From the sequence record OR525703.1: 44,710 bases of DNA; one strand, written 5' to 3'. The position numbers and the translations under genes are program-made. The DNA comes from Escherichia phage vB-Eco-KMB36. Every line of letters starts with the position of its first letter. Position 1 is the stretch's first letter. Positions 15,681 to 26,574 of the stretch are shown one piece after another. A model generated the notes under the pieces. That model did no database searches. It was not told where the DNA came from and worked only from the letters and a program-made list of their open reading frames with translations.

Positions 15681-18012
15681 TGTAGCTAGTTTGGTTGTAA
15701 AAGTATCAGAGCAAGGCGCGAAAGCTACATCAGACCGTCTTGACAACCTTTCCAAATCCGCAAAAGTGGCAGGGGCTGCCGTAGCGGGCCTCGCTTCCAT
15801 CGTCGCCGCTACCGCGTACAAGGCCGCGCAGGAACTGGTAGACTCCCAACGGCAACTGGACAAGATGTCCGCCAGCCTGAAAACATTAACCGGTAGCACG
15901 CAGGGCGCGAGACAAGCACTAAGCATACTGCAAGACTTCGCGCGCGACACTCCGTATGGTCTTGAACAGGCGGTAGAGGGATTCCGTAAACTGGTGGCAC
16001 TCGGCCTTACCCCCTCAGAAGAAGCGTTGCGCTCCTACGGAAACACCGCTGCGGCTATGGGTAAAGACCTTAATCAGATGATTGAGGCCGTTGCGGACGC
16101 CAGTACATTTGAATTTGAGCGCCTTAAAGAATTCGGCATCAAGGCCAAGCAGAACAAAGACGATGTTGAATTTACATTCCAGGGCACTACTACGGTGGTT
16201 AAGAAGAGCGCTGCCGATATCGAGCAATACCTGCTCAACATTGGTAACGTAAACTTTGCGGGGGCTATGGCGGACCAGGCTAACACGCTTAATGGGGCTA
16301 TCGCCAGTGCCAGCGATTCCTGGTCGCAGTTAAAAATGACACTGGCTACCAGCCTTGATGTTGGTGCTCTTGCGGAACCTATCCGGTACATCGATGATTT
16401 AATCCAGGAACTTAACGCACAGGTAGCATCCGGCGAACTCGCCGCTGAGATGCGTATGTGGGGTGACATCGCGTCAGAAGTGGGCCGCGCGATAGAGATG
16501 TCCTTCGACGCGGCATTTGGTTTCGTAGGCGACGCGATAAACGGGCTGAATGAACTCTGGGATTTTAGCAGTAAAAGTATCACCGATAGCGGTGAACAAA
16601 CGGCGACAACCATCGCAGAATCAGCCGCCGATGCGCTAGATTTCATCGCGGAAGAATTTACCGCGATGGAGCGTTTCTTTGAAGATATGGTTAAAGGGGC
16701 GCAGGATGCTGGCCGGTTGGTGAAAGCAGCCTTCACACCAGGTGAATCGGTAGACGTAGCAAAAAACATTAACTTCCAGCTGGGTATGGCACTGGATACT
16801 CAGCGTGATGTTGCGGACCTGACCCGTAAAAGTTTCCGCGAACAGGTGGAGGCTCAGCAAAATATCGTCGCGCTTAAACGCGCGGCATATGACATCGACA
16901 AAGAAGCCGCTAAGGCAGAAGGGCTTAGTAAATTTAAGGTAACCGGTACTGGTGGCGGGTCCGAGGATGATAGCGCGGGGGCAAAAGCCGCTAAGAAAGC
17001 CGCAGATGCGTTCGAGCGCCAGAAGAAAGCCGCTGAGGATTTCTACTACCAGTCTATTCATCTCAATGATGATGTATTCCAGAAAATAGAAGCTAATCAG
17101 GAGCAACAGTTAACCAAGCTACAAGAGTTTTACGGCAACCAGCTTCTTAGCGACCAGCAATACGAGAACGCCAAAACTCAAATTATGCTGGAAGCTGACA
17201 CCGCACGACAGGAAGAACTCGCCAAGCGAGAGAAAGAACGGCAGGAAAAGAACCAGAAAGGTGAAGACTTCATGGCCCAGATTATGGGTCAGAATGCCAC
17301 CGAGCTTGAGCTTCTCGACATCCAGGAACAGCAGAAACTGGCGGTAGCGGATAAGTACCGCGAGCAGGGTTTGATTAGCGAGAAGCAGTATCAGGCCGCG
17401 CTTAACGCCATCAACGAGCAATACGCCACCAAGCGTGCCGATGCGACGGCAACGGCCTTTGGTAACATGGCGTCAAACATCGGGTCTGCGTTGGGGGAGG
17501 CTTCCAGCGCGTACAAGGCATTCGCTATCGTACAGGCCACTATAGCCACGTACACCGCAGCTATTGAAGCGTACAAGTCAACGGCCGCTATCCCTGTTGT
17601 TGGCCCGTTCCTGGCCCCTGTAGCCGCTGCTGCTGCCGTTGGGGCGGGTATGGCGCAGGTTTCCGCTATCAGGTCCGCGCGCGAACAGGGTGGTCAGTTA
17701 TCCGCAGGGCAGGCTTCCACCATCGCTGAACGTGGTAAACCAGAAGTTATCATGCCCGCTGGCGCGTCACGTGTGCGCACAGCACAGCAAATGAAAGAAA
17801 TTATGGGGCAAAATGGGTCTTCTTCTGGCCCATCTAATGTTACCATTGTAAATAACACATCGAGTCAGATTGGCAACGTATCTACCGAGCAGGATGACGA
17901 AGGCCGTTTGCGCATCATCATAGAAGAGCAGGTGGCTGCCTCTTTGCAGAACAGCAACAGTAAGATTAGCAAGGCCCGCAAGGCCACAAGAAACGCGCCG
18001 GGGTTCAAGTAA
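15673..18012 (+). CDS. tail tape measure protein
   Basis: 779-aa Ala/Gln/Glu-rich helical protein after G/GT. Confidence 0.8.
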   Translation: MADVASLVVKVSEQGAKATSDRLDNLSKSAKVAGAAVAGLASIVAATAYKAAQELVDSQRQLDKMSASLKTLTGSTQGARQALSILQDFARDTPYGLEQAVEGFRKLVALGLTPSEEALRSYGNTAAAMGKDLNQMIEAVADASTFEFERLKEFGIKAKQNKDDVEFTFQGTTTVVKKSAADIEQYLLNIGNVNFAGAMADQANTLNGAIASASDSWSQLKMTLATSLDVGALAEPIRYIDDLIQELNAQVASGELAAEMRMWGDIASEVGRAIEMSFDAAFGFVGDAINGLNELWDFSSKSITDSGEQTATTIAESAADALDFIAEEFTAMERFFEDMVKGAQDAGRLVKAAFTPGESVDVAKNINFQLGMALDTQRDVADLTRKSFREQVEAQQNIVALKRAAYDIDKEAAKAEGLSKFKVTGTGGGSEDDSAGAKAAKKAADAFERQKKAAEDFYYQSIHLNDDVFQKIEANQEQQLTKLQEFYGNQLLSDQQYENAKTQIMLEADTARQEELAKREKERQEKNQKGEDFMAQIMGQNATELELLDIQEQQKLAVADKYREQGLISEKQYQAALNAINEQYATKRADATATAFGNMASNIGSALGEASSAYKAFAIVQATIATYTAAIEAYKSTAAIPVVGPFLAPVAAAAAVGAGMAQVSAIRSAREQGGQLSAGQASTIAERGKPEVIMPAGASRVRTAQQMKEIMGQNGSSSGPSNVTIVNNTSSQIGNVSTEQDDEGRLRIIIEEQVAASLQNSNSKISKARKATRNAPGFK

Positions 18013-18512
18013 TGAGCGACTTATATTTCCCACGTAGCCTCCGCCCTATAGTGTCGAAAGGCTACTCAATGACCAGACGCAACAACGTATGGAGTGTCGA
18101 TTTAGCCGGTGGCGGGGTGCGTCAGGGACGCGACACGTATCACGACGTGTTCCCGATAAGCGTAACCCTGATTACATCGGCGCTAGGGCGGCAGGCGTTC
18201 CTGTCGTTCCTTGAGAAAGTCGACGGCGGTGCGTCAAGTTTCTGGATGGCGCACGACTTCGGCATGGGCATTGAGGATTACCAGGTAACAATTACATCCA
18301 CCATCGCGGAGTCCACCGAAGACGGCATTAACTGGACGATTACCTTCACGGCAACCGCCGAGAAATCGCCGTTCCAGGACCAAGAGAACCAGTGTCTGAT
18401 TAACAATCTTCCAGATTTGTACGGTTGTTACGGGGATTGTCTGGGTAGTTTCCTGAAAATATACGCGAACTACGAAACTACGTTTCCACGAATTTGGGGC
18501 CCGATGCAATGA
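18012..18512 (+). CDS. minor tail protein (distal tail, M-like)
   Basis: Position after tape measure. Confidence 0.5.
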   Translation: MSDLYFPRSLRPIVSKGYSMTRRNNVWSVDLAGGGVRQGRDTYHDVFPISVTLITSALGRQAFLSFLEKVDGGASSFWMAHDFGMGIEDYQVTITSTIAESTEDGINWTITFTATAEKSPFQDQENQCLINNLPDLYGCYGDCLGSFLKIYANYETTFPRIWGPMQ

Positions 18513-19024
18513 GCCAGGAATCAGTAGAAGCAGCCTATCGCCGTAAACTGGCCTCTAACCCCGACGGCGAGATGGATTACATCACGTTGCAAATCAGCCA
18601 CCCGTTGCTGTCAAAGACGTATTACCTCGTGCGCGGGTTACAGGAGCTAACGGCAACGCTGGAGACGGGCGAAACAATCACGTTTGAACCCACCCCGATG
18701 GAAGCGTCGGGGGCCGCTAATAACAGTGATATGGACCAGACGACAACGTTTACTCTGCCAGATATCCTCAATCAACTGGACGATGAGATGGATAAAATCC
18801 CGATGAGCAATACTGAGTTGCCTAAGTTCGTCTTCCGCCGTTACGTCAGCACCGACCTTTCTTATCCAGCTGACGGTCCTGTTGTGTACGAGTTGCAGGC
18901 TATAAACCAGGAGAAAGGCGAGTTCTCTGCGGATGTCGGTACACCTATGCTGAACCAACGAAGCACTGGTATACTGATGACACCTAAAGAGATACCACTA
19001 CTTCGCGGTCTTCTGACAACATGA
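18494..19024 (+). CDS. minor tail protein (L-like)
   Basis: Position in tail tip block. Confidence 0.5.
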   Translation: MGPDAMSQESVEAAYRRKLASNPDGEMDYITLQISHPLLSKTYYLVRGLQELTATLETGETITFEPTPMEASGAANNSDMDQTTTFTLPDILNQLDDEMDKIPMSNTELPKFVFRRYVSTDLSYPADGPVVYELQAINQEKGEFSADVGTPMLNQRSTGILMTPKEIPLLRGLLTT

Positions 19025-19386
19025 ATATTAACGACTACACGGGCATACCTTACGACTTTCGCAAGCGCAATTGCTGGCATCATGTGCGCATTGTACGCGC
19101 TGACGCCGGGCTAGAAACCCCGGCGTTCGACGTTACAAGCCCAACGGCGATTAACGAAGCGTTTGACGAAGGCCACCGGGACACGAAGGGGCTTACGAAA
19201 ATCGATAAGCCTGAAAACTTCTGTGCGGTGCTTATGGGATATCGACGCGGCGGTCGTATCGTGTGGCATGCAGGAGTTTACTTCGACGGGATGGTGAGCC
19301 ATTGCGAGCTTGCTTCACGTCAGGTGCGGCTTGACAGGCTGGCGGACCTCAGAGACACGTACACGGAGATTGAATTTTGGCGATAA
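19021..19386 (+). CDS. tail assembly protein (K-like)
   Basis: 121-aa ORF with Cys/His-containing segment; position. Confidence 0.4.
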   Translation: MNINDYTGIPYDFRKRNCWHHVRIVRADAGLETPAFDVTSPTAINEAFDEGHRDTKGLTKIDKPENFCAVLMGYRRGGRIVWHAGVYFDGMVSHCELASRQVRLDRLADLRDTYTEIEFWR

Positions 19387-21932
19387 TCCTGCACTACACG
19401 CGAAACGCTGATGGCGCTTTCGACCGTACAAAACACGTCGGGATGCCGATGGAGTTTGTCATTAACCGTATCCCGGACGGCGTGCCGGTGCGCGTCTACC
19501 TCGGCGAGATTGGCGATGATACTGATGTTACAGACGACTTCGACGCGCTTAAAGACGAAGACGCTGTGTACCACATTATAGAGGGTGCGGGTAGCGGGGC
19601 ACTTGGTGCCGTTAGTAAGGTGTTCGGTTTTATCCTTAAGCCAATTGCCAAGTTGTTTGGTCTGAACATGTCCGCAAACGCCAACTACACGGCGACTAAC
19701 AACCAGACAACGTCACCGAATAACAGCCTTACCGACCGCTCAAACAAACCACGCCCTTACGAGCGCTCCTATGACATCTGCGGGACTGTGCAGACAATCC
19801 CTAATGACCTGATGCAGACGTATAAGGCGTTCAACTCCACTGGTGCTTTGCTGGAGTATTCGTACTATGACGCAGGGCGCGGACATCTGCATATTGAGGC
19901 TGATGGTGTCACAGAGGGCGACACCCTGATAAGCGACATCACAGGTTCCTCTGTTGCCATATATGCACCGTATACGTCACCGAACAACACCACATCGCCG
20001 CAACTACAAATCGGCGACGTCATTGACCAGAAACTCTATGTGACATACTCCAACGACGACGTTGACGGTATTGTACTGAAAGCGCCGAACGACATCGGGG
20101 CCAACCCAAGCGCCGGTGGCACAGCTAAACGTATTTCAACCACAGGCTACATCTACGACCCGTCGGGCGACTCTGCTTTTTCTGAGTTTCTTAGCGTCGG
20201 TGATGTCGCGGTGCTTAGCAACTTCGATGTTGCTGACGTCACTAACCTGAACGGCTCGTTTGAGGTTTTATACGTTGACGACTTTGAGGTTCGGTTGTAC
20301 GTCGGGGATATAGGTAACTGGGGCAACCTTAATAGCGGAGAGACTTACGCACTTACAGAGCGTTCTGACACGTTTATCGGCCCGAGCAACACCTATGACG
20401 TATCTCTTACGGACTGGTATTACATGGTGCGCGGAGAGGTTGACCGGGTACTTGCTAACGTTGCCGGGCAGAACGGCCTCTACAAATACGACGGCGGCTA
20501 TAACCGCACCAGTGTAACCGTAGAACTCCAGTACCAGATGATTGATTCCCAACGCAACCCGTTGAGCGACATTTACACGGTACAGGCTACAATTACGGGC
20601 AACAATACTGATTACGTCGGTACGTCTATCTACGGGCAATTGCCTACTGCGTCGCGTTTCCGCGCCCGCATGCGCCGTATAACTAATTTCGACAAGGACT
20701 ACAACGGTACAGTAAGCGACGAGATAACGTTCATCAACCTGTACGGTCAGTCACTGGACACTACCCCGCATTACGGCAACCGAACTACAGTACATTGCGC
20801 CCGTAAACAGACACCACGCGCCGCCAGTATCGATAACCCTGAACTGCGCATGATTGCTACAGAGATGTGCTACAAATACCTCGGCAATGGGGTATTCAAC
20901 ACCGTAATGACACCTAACACTCAGGCGGTGCAATCACTAATTCGACTGGCCCGCGACCCGGCGGTAGGTAACTTAGAACTGACAACCGCAAACATGGACA
21001 AGTTACTTGCCGTGCAGGAAGAGATTGAATCCTATTTTGGCAGCGAATTAGCGGGACAATTCTGCTACACGTTCGACGACTACGACACCACGATGCAGGA
21101 CATCGTTCAGACTATAGCCGAAGCCGTATTCTGTACTGCGTACCGCAAAGGTGCAGATATTATGCTGCGATTCGACCGTCCGGTTGCGGGGCCTGAAATG
21201 GTGTTCACCCACCGCAGTAAGACGACCGGTACGGAGAAATGGACACGCACGTTCAATGATTCGACAACCTACGATAGCCTGTCGTTCTCGTACATCGACC
21301 CGGATACTAACGTACAGGAAACGATTTATATCCCGGAAGAACTCGGCGCAAACACCGAGGAATACGAATCGAAGGGCGTGCGCAACTATCAGCAGGCGTA
21401 CTGGCTGGCGTGGCGTCGCTATCAGCGCAACGCGTTAAGTAAAGTTGTCGTAGAGTTCGAAGCTACGGAAGAGGGTGCGCTCGCTACGCCCGGCGGCGTA
21501 ATCAGCGTGGTTAAAGGCTCCCGCATCGCGCCGCAGGATGGTTATGTTGTCGCCGTTAATGGGCTTACGCTTACGCTGTCGCAGCCGGTTACGTTTACTC
21601 CGGGGGATGACCACTCCATCATTCTTAAGAAGCGAGACGGTTCGGTGCAGAGTATCTCTGTTATCAAAGGAAGCCATGACCGCGAGGTGATTATGCTCTC
21701 TGCGCCGGAGGAAGCCATCTACACAGGGAATAGTGCGCTAAAAACTGAGTTTTCATTCGGCAACGAAGCAAGGCATAATGCACAGAAGATAGTTGTTTCT
21801 TCAATCGACCCGGGCGACGACCGCACGGTCAAGATTACAGGCTACAACTATGACGACGGATTCTATAAATACGACGGCGTCGCTCCATACGGTAGCGGTT
21901 TCTCCGACGGATTCAGCAATGGTTTTAATTAA
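19377..21932 (+). CDS. tail tip / host specificity protein (J-like)
   Basis: 851-aa ORF in tail tip block. Confidence 0.55.
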   Translation: MAIILHYTRNADGAFDRTKHVGMPMEFVINRIPDGVPVRVYLGEIGDDTDVTDDFDALKDEDAVYHIIEGAGSGALGAVSKVFGFILKPIAKLFGLNMSANANYTATNNQTTSPNNSLTDRSNKPRPYERSYDICGTVQTIPNDLMQTYKAFNSTGALLEYSYYDAGRGHLHIEADGVTEGDTLISDITGSSVAIYAPYTSPNNTTSPQLQIGDVIDQKLYVTYSNDDVDGIVLKAPNDIGANPSAGGTAKRISTTGYIYDPSGDSAFSEFLSVGDVAVLSNFDVADVTNLNGSFEVLYVDDFEVRLYVGDIGNWGNLNSGETYALTERSDTFIGPSNTYDVSLTDWYYMVRGEVDRVLANVAGQNGLYKYDGGYNRTSVTVELQYQMIDSQRNPLSDIYTVQATITGNNTDYVGTSIYGQLPTASRFRARMRRITNFDKDYNGTVSDEITFINLYGQSLDTTPHYGNRTTVHCARKQTPRAASIDNPELRMIATEMCYKYLGNGVFNTVMTPNTQAVQSLIRLARDPAVGNLELTTANMDKLLAVQEEIESYFGSELAGQFCYTFDDYDTTMQDIVQTIAEAVFCTAYRKGADIMLRFDRPVAGPEMVFTHRSKTTGTEKWTRTFNDSTTYDSLSFSYIDPDTNVQETIYIPEELGANTEEYESKGVRNYQQAYWLAWRRYQRNALSKVVVEFEATEEGALATPGGVISVVKGSRIAPQDGYVVAVNGLTLTLSQPVTFTPGDDHSIILKKRDGSVQSISVIKGSHDREVIMLSAPEEAIYTGNSALKTEFSFGNEARHNAQKIVVSSIDPGDDRTVKITGYNYDDGFYKYDGVAPYGSGFSDGFSNGFN

Positions 21933-21944
21933 AGAGGATTCTAT

Positions 21945-24281
21945 ATGTCAAGCGGATGCGGTGACGTTTTAAGCCTGGCGGATTTACAAACCGCCAAAAA
22001 ACACCAGATTTTCGAAGCCGAGGTTATCACTGGTAAATCCGGCGGTGTTGCTGGGGGTGCGGATATTGATTACGCGACCAATGCTGTTACGGGCCAGACA
22101 CAGAAAACGCTACCCGCTGTGTTGCGCGACGCTGGTTTTTCTCCGGTGTCATGGGACTTTTCCACTGGTGGTACGTTAACCGCTAATGACCGCGACAAAG
22201 TGGTGTATGACCCTGTAAGCAAGACGTGGTACTCGTATACCGGGACTCTGCCGGTTGTTGTCCCCGCATCGTTTAACCCGGTTGGTAACGCTAACTGGAA
22301 GCCGCAGACTGACCCTGATTTACGGAATGATTTATCCAGCACAGACAATGCGACATTAGGTGATGCCATGGTCGGCGTCCGACAACCATTTACCGACGCT
22401 GTCGGCAGGACGCAACACGATAAAAATAGAGAAGTAGTTTCCGTTCTGGACTTCTATTTAGGTACTGACCCTGATTACACAAACGCCCTTAACCGAGCGC
22501 TTACAGCTAGTAACGGGGTGCTTGTACCGCAAGGGGAGTATAGTACGTCGCTACTCTCCCACCCGACATGCTCTCTATTCGGAACAGGGGGTGGGGTTTT
22601 AAAACAATCAAACGATTCTGGAAACCACTTAATCTTTGATAAACCTGCAGGAGGGCTACTTAGCACCCTGAGTATTGTAGGAAATAAGGCAACGGACTTC
22701 ACACAGGGTCAGCAGGTTTCCTTCGCCGGTGGGCGGGACGTTACTATTAAAGGTATTGATTTTAAAAATGCAAAGGGAACTGGATTTAGTTTAATAGCAT
22801 ACCCTAGTGATGGGGGTCCGTCTGGATACATTGTAAGCGGCATACGGGGCGACTACTCCGGGTATGCTACAAATAAAACAGCGGGGTGCGTGCTGTTTGA
22901 GTCCGCAAGTAATACTATAATCAACGATGTTATCGCCCGAAACTACCCCCAATTCGGGGCGGTTGAGTTGAAAACAGATGCTAAATGTAATGTTGTTAGT
23001 GGCGTCATTGGGCAAAGCTGTCAGCACGTTGTTTATAATGGCACCGAGACGACCAATGCCCCTAGCAGTAATATTATCAGTAATGTTGTTGCTAATAACG
23101 CTAAGTATGCCGCTGTGGTCACCGGCAAGGGTTCAGGTAATCTGGTGACAAATATTGTAGCTGATTACTCCTCCTCCGAGGCCACGCAAGCACACGGCGT
23201 TACATTACAAGGCAACTATAATGCCGCTGATAATATTCTAATGGTTGGGTGCAGCGAAACTAATAGTTTAGGGCAAACGCAAACCGCGACTTCTATTAGG
23301 TTTTTAGACGGAGCTAGTAATAACTACGCATCGGTTTTCCCTATGTATAGTGCTTCCGGGGTTGTTACACTAGAGACAGGGACTACCCGTAACTTTGTGG
23401 AAGTAAAGCACCCTGGACCCAAGAACAGTCTTCTTAGTTCACTATCTACTATAACCGGGGTCTCTAGCATTGATGGTACTACCACCAGTAACGTGGTACA
23501 CGCCCCCGCTATAGGACAATACATAGGGTCCATGTCCGGTAGGTTCGAGTGGTTCACTAAGTATATAGATACTTCTGCATTGCATTTTGTGTCAGCTGAT
23601 AAATTCAGACTAATTTCCGATGGGGCTACATCTTTGGCTATTGGTGGAGGTACGACCTCTCAGATAAAATTACTCACATCTGATGGTACTTCTCGAACTA
23701 TTTCTCTGGTTAGTGGTAATTTACGCTTAGCCTCTGACGCATCGGCGTATATTCAAATAGCCCCGACGGCTATTACACCATCCAGCGCAAACACCGTCGC
23801 TATCGGGTCGGCAAGTAGAGCTTTGTCCGGCGGATTCACTCAAACAGCGTTTACGGTTACGTCTGACGAGAGAGCCAAGACACTACCCCTGGAATTAACT
23901 GACGCTATGTTAGACGCTTGGGCTGAGGTTAATTTAGTTCAATATAAGTACCTGGATAGGGTTGCAGAGAAGGGGGAGGATGCGGCTAGGTGGCACTTTG
24001 GAGTAGTAGCCCAACGGGCAATTGAGGCGTTTACCCGGCACGGGTTGGACGCGACTAAGTACGGTTTCCTGTGCTACGATAAGTGGGAAGCGTCTCCGGA
24101 AATTATTGATGAGGAATCTGGGGAAGTATTAACAAAAGCTACGGCGGCAGGGGAGCGGTATGGTATTCGTTATGATGAGGTATTGATATTAGAGGCTGCG
24201 TTACAGCGACGTAAAGCAGCTCAGTTAGAGAAAAGGATTATAGCGCTTGAGACATTAGTGGCTACCCTGACAAACAGTTAA
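21945..24281 (+). CDS. tail fibre/spike with beta-helix region and C-terminal intramolecular chaperone (peptidase S74-like)
   Basis: C-terminal FTVTSDERAKTLPLELTDAMLDAWAEVNLVQYKY chaperone motif; Gly/Asn/Val-rich repetitive central region. Confidence 0.7.
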   Translation: MSSGCGDVLSLADLQTAKKHQIFEAEVITGKSGGVAGGADIDYATNAVTGQTQKTLPAVLRDAGFSPVSWDFSTGGTLTANDRDKVVYDPVSKTWYSYTGTLPVVVPASFNPVGNANWKPQTDPDLRNDLSSTDNATLGDAMVGVRQPFTDAVGRTQHDKNREVVSVLDFYLGTDPDYTNALNRALTASNGVLVPQGEYSTSLLSHPTCSLFGTGGGVLKQSNDSGNHLIFDKPAGGLLSTLSIVGNKATDFTQGQQVSFAGGRDVTIKGIDFKNAKGTGFSLIAYPSDGGPSGYIVSGIRGDYSGYATNKTAGCVLFESASNTIINDVIARNYPQFGAVELKTDAKCNVVSGVIGQSCQHVVYNGTETTNAPSSNIISNVVANNAKYAAVVTGKGSGNLVTNIVADYSSSEATQAHGVTLQGNYNAADNILMVGCSETNSLGQTQTATSIRFLDGASNNYASVFPMYSASGVVTLETGTTRNFVEVKHPGPKNSLLSSLSTITGVSSIDGTTTSNVVHAPAIGQYIGSMSGRFEWFTKYIDTSALHFVSADKFRLISDGATSLAIGGGTTSQIKLLTSDGTSRTISLVSGNLRLASDASAYIQIAPTAITPSSANTVAIGSASRALSGGFTQTAFTVTSDERAKTLPLELTDAMLDAWAEVNLVQYKYLDRVAEKGEDAARWHFGVVAQRAIEAFTRHGLDATKYGFLCYDKWEASPEIIDEESGEVLTKATAAGERYGIRYDEVLILEAALQRRKAAQLEKRIIALETLVATLTNS

Positions 24282-24288
24282 ATAAACA

Positions 24289-24312
24289 AGGCCCCTAACG
24301 GGGCCTTTTTCT
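24289..24312 (+). terminator. rho-independent terminator
   Basis: AGGCCCCTAACGGGGCCT followed by TTTTCT. Confidence 0.7.
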
Positions 24313-24449
24313 TACTCTTCTGATAACTTCTCCAGTACAAACGCCAGTTGCGCATTAGCGGCATCTCTTTGCTGGCGTAGTCGCAGAACCTCTTCTTCCA
24401 GTTCCTTGATACGTTTTTGCAATGCCGGAATCGGGGCTATGATGTTCAT
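24312..24449 (-). CDS. hypothetical small coiled-coil protein
   Basis: 45-codon ORF MNIIAPIPALQKRIKELEEEVLRLRQQ...; last gene of the minus-strand block. Confidence 0.3.
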   Translation of the reverse strand: MNIIAPIPALQKRIKELEEEVLRLRQQRDAANAQLAFVLEKLSEE

Positions 24450-24634
24450 TACTCGAACTCCACCAAACCGTCGTTAAAGAACTCTGCGATTATGTAGCCA
24501 GAATCCTCGTCGTAATCGGCGACTATCTCGCCCGCGAATCCGCAAATTACGCGATACTCAATGCCGTTGTAATAGGCCTTGATATTCTTCACCTTCTTCG
24601 AACTCAGGTACGTTTGAGCTAACACAAAACAATT

Positions 24635-26065
24635 TCATTTCTTACCTCGTCTCTTCATGTAATTAAGCAACTCTTCCTGTACTGATTTTTTCTCGTCGGT
24701 GCGCGCGGCAACAACCTCGTCCAGCGTGTCTTTAGCGACTATGTGATATAGGAACACTGGTCGCTCGTGGCCTGCCTGCTTCTGGCGTGTTGGACCTATG
24801 CGCTCGACAACCTGCAAATAGTGTTCAAGGTTCCAGCCTTGTGAGATAAACGCCAGATGATGCCCGCCATCCTGTAAATTTAAACCATGCCCGGCTGACG
24901 CAGGGTGAACGCATAAGATTTCGATTTCACCACGGTTCCACGCGTCCATCTGCTTATTGCCCTTCTCACCTTTGGCAAATGCCTGTGCTTGTGGGAATCG
25001 CTTAAGAATACGCTCCAGTTCGTGCTTGAACTGATAAGCCACCAGTAACGGCGCGCCCTGTAACTCCTCAACAATCGACTCAAGAGCATCAAGTTTCGTG
25101 TCGTGCACTTTCTCCCAGTCTTTGGTCGCTTCGCCATCCGTCCCTGACACATACACGGCACCAGATGCAATCTGCAAACACTTCGACGTCTTCGCCGCTG
25201 CGTTAGCTGCTTCAACTTCTCCGCTCTCCAGTTCTGCAAATAGCTTCTCCTCCATATCTATGTACGCCTGACGCGCTTTCTTCGGCAGGTCGATTTCAAC
25301 CGGTACGATAATCGGCGCTTCACACCCGAACCACTCGGCAGGGTCGATGGTCAGGCTGATGTCTTTCATCTTCTGATGAATTTCATTATCTGCACCCGGT
25401 CGCGCATGATATTCACGCGCCATAGCCGACTTACCTTTCTGTACCGAGTTAAACCAGCGGTCTGTGAATGCCGTATACGAAGAGCCGAGGCGCTCGCCAG
25501 CGTCGATAAACCAGTTCTGGCCCCACAGGTCTTTGAGGCCGTTAGGCGACGGTGTGCCCGTCAGATTGATGAAACGCTTAACTTTACCGAACGCCACTTT
25601 GCTGAGCGCCTTTGCCCGCTTGCTACCACCTGAACGGCTGCGGAATGATTTTAGTTTCGTGCTTTCATCGGCGACAATAACCGTAAAAGGCCAGTCGTCT
25701 TTGCCGTAGTAGTCAATCAGCCACTCAATAACTTCGTAGTTAGTGCACACCACGTTAGCGTCTGACTCCAGCGCCGCGATGCGGCGCTTCTCCGAACCAG
25801 TTGCATCTACGACACGCAGACAAGGGAATTGCCATTTCTCTTGTTCAGCGGGCCACGTACCGGACGCAACACGTAACGGGGCAAGGATTAACACGCGGTC
25901 CTCTTCCGTAAGCTGCCCGTTGCGGAACAGGCGGTTGAGCACCCACATAGTGGAGGAGGTTTTACCTCCCCCCATTCCGCACCAGATATTACAGCGCGGG
26001 TGTTGCAGCATGAACGAAGTCATGAGCTTCTGGTACTCTCGACGGATAAATTTAGACATGTTCAA
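24635..26065 (-). CDS. DNA helicase (superfamily 2-like)
   Basis: Walker A GMGGGKT and DExx-like VIVADESTK. Confidence 0.7.
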   Translation of the reverse strand: MNMSKFIRREYQKLMTSFMLQHPRCNIWCGMGGGKTSSTMWVLNRLFRNGQLTEEDRVLILAPLRVASGTWPAEQEKWQFPCLRVVDATGSEKRRIAALESDANVVCTNYEVIEWLIDYYGKDDWPFTVIVADESTKLKSFRSRSGGSKRAKALSKVAFGKVKRFINLTGTPSPNGLKDLWGQNWFIDAGERLGSSYTAFTDRWFNSVQKGKSAMAREYHARPGADNEIHQKMKDISLTIDPAEWFGCEAPIIVPVEIDLPKKARQAYIDMEEKLFAELESGEVEAANAAAKTSKCLQIASGAVYVSGTDGEATKDWEKVHDTKLDALESIVEELQGAPLLVAYQFKHELERILKRFPQAQAFAKGEKGNKQMDAWNRGEIEILCVHPASAGHGLNLQDGGHHLAFISQGWNLEHYLQVVERIGPTRQKQAGHERPVFLYHIVAKDTLDEVVAARTDEKKSVQEELLNYMKRRGKK

Positions 26066-26256
26066 TCCTTAACGTAGAGTACCAGCTCTTTACGCCCGAA
26101 CGCCGTAACGTTACCCGTTACATCTTCGATAACCAGTTTACCGTTCGACTCGACGAACACCGTATCAACGGCAACAGGACGACGGGTCTTAACGCTGAAA
26201 ATCATGTCGCCTGGTACGATGTCACGTGCTGGCTTGCGGTCATATTCGTGTTTCAT
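26062..26256 (-). CDS. hypothetical protein
   Basis: 64-aa ORF downstream of a minus-strand promoter. Confidence 0.4.
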   Translation of the reverse strand: MKHEYDRKPARDIVPGDMIFSVKTRRPVAVDTVFVESNGKLVIEDVTGNVTAFGRKELVLYVKD

Positions 26257-26286
26257 TTCTCAATTCCTTATATTGTTGGTGTGTGA

Positions 26287-26574
26287 TTAACTATAATAGC
26301 TCGCTATTAGGTCGTCAACCTGTTTAAACGAACCAACGACAAAAACATTTGCACCACGTTTACGCATCCGCTCGTGCTCTCGTAACTGGTGCGGGTCCGG
26401 CTTCGTGTTTTCGTCTTTCTTAACCTCGACGAACCAGATGATGCCACCAGGGAGAATTACCAGCAGGTCAGGAGCTCCCACTCTATTTTCGTACGACAAT
26501 TTGCGTACAAGGCCCCCCATGGCCTCGAATCGCTCTTTTGCGTATTTCTGTACGCGGCCCTCTTTAGTCGCCAT
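26287..26574 (-). CDS. VRR-NUC-like nuclease
   Basis: PDLLVILPGG...WFVEVK pattern. Confidence 0.55.
   Translation of the reverse strand: MATKEGRVQKYAKERFEAMGGLVRKLSYENRVGAPDLLVILPGGIIWFVEVKKDENTKPDPHQLREHERMRKRGANVFVVGSFKQVDDLIASYYS
26290..26318 (-). promoter_or_regulatory. sigma70-like promoter with AATAG-N4-CTATT palindrome
   Basis: Minus strand reads TTGACG, 17 nt, TATAGT; palindrome at 26295..26308. Confidence 0.5.

Noticed and set aside
16074-16769. 231-aa minus-strand ORF (and 16636..17106, 17119..17421)
   Set aside because: Antisense to the tape measure gene; Ala/Ser-rich without motifs.
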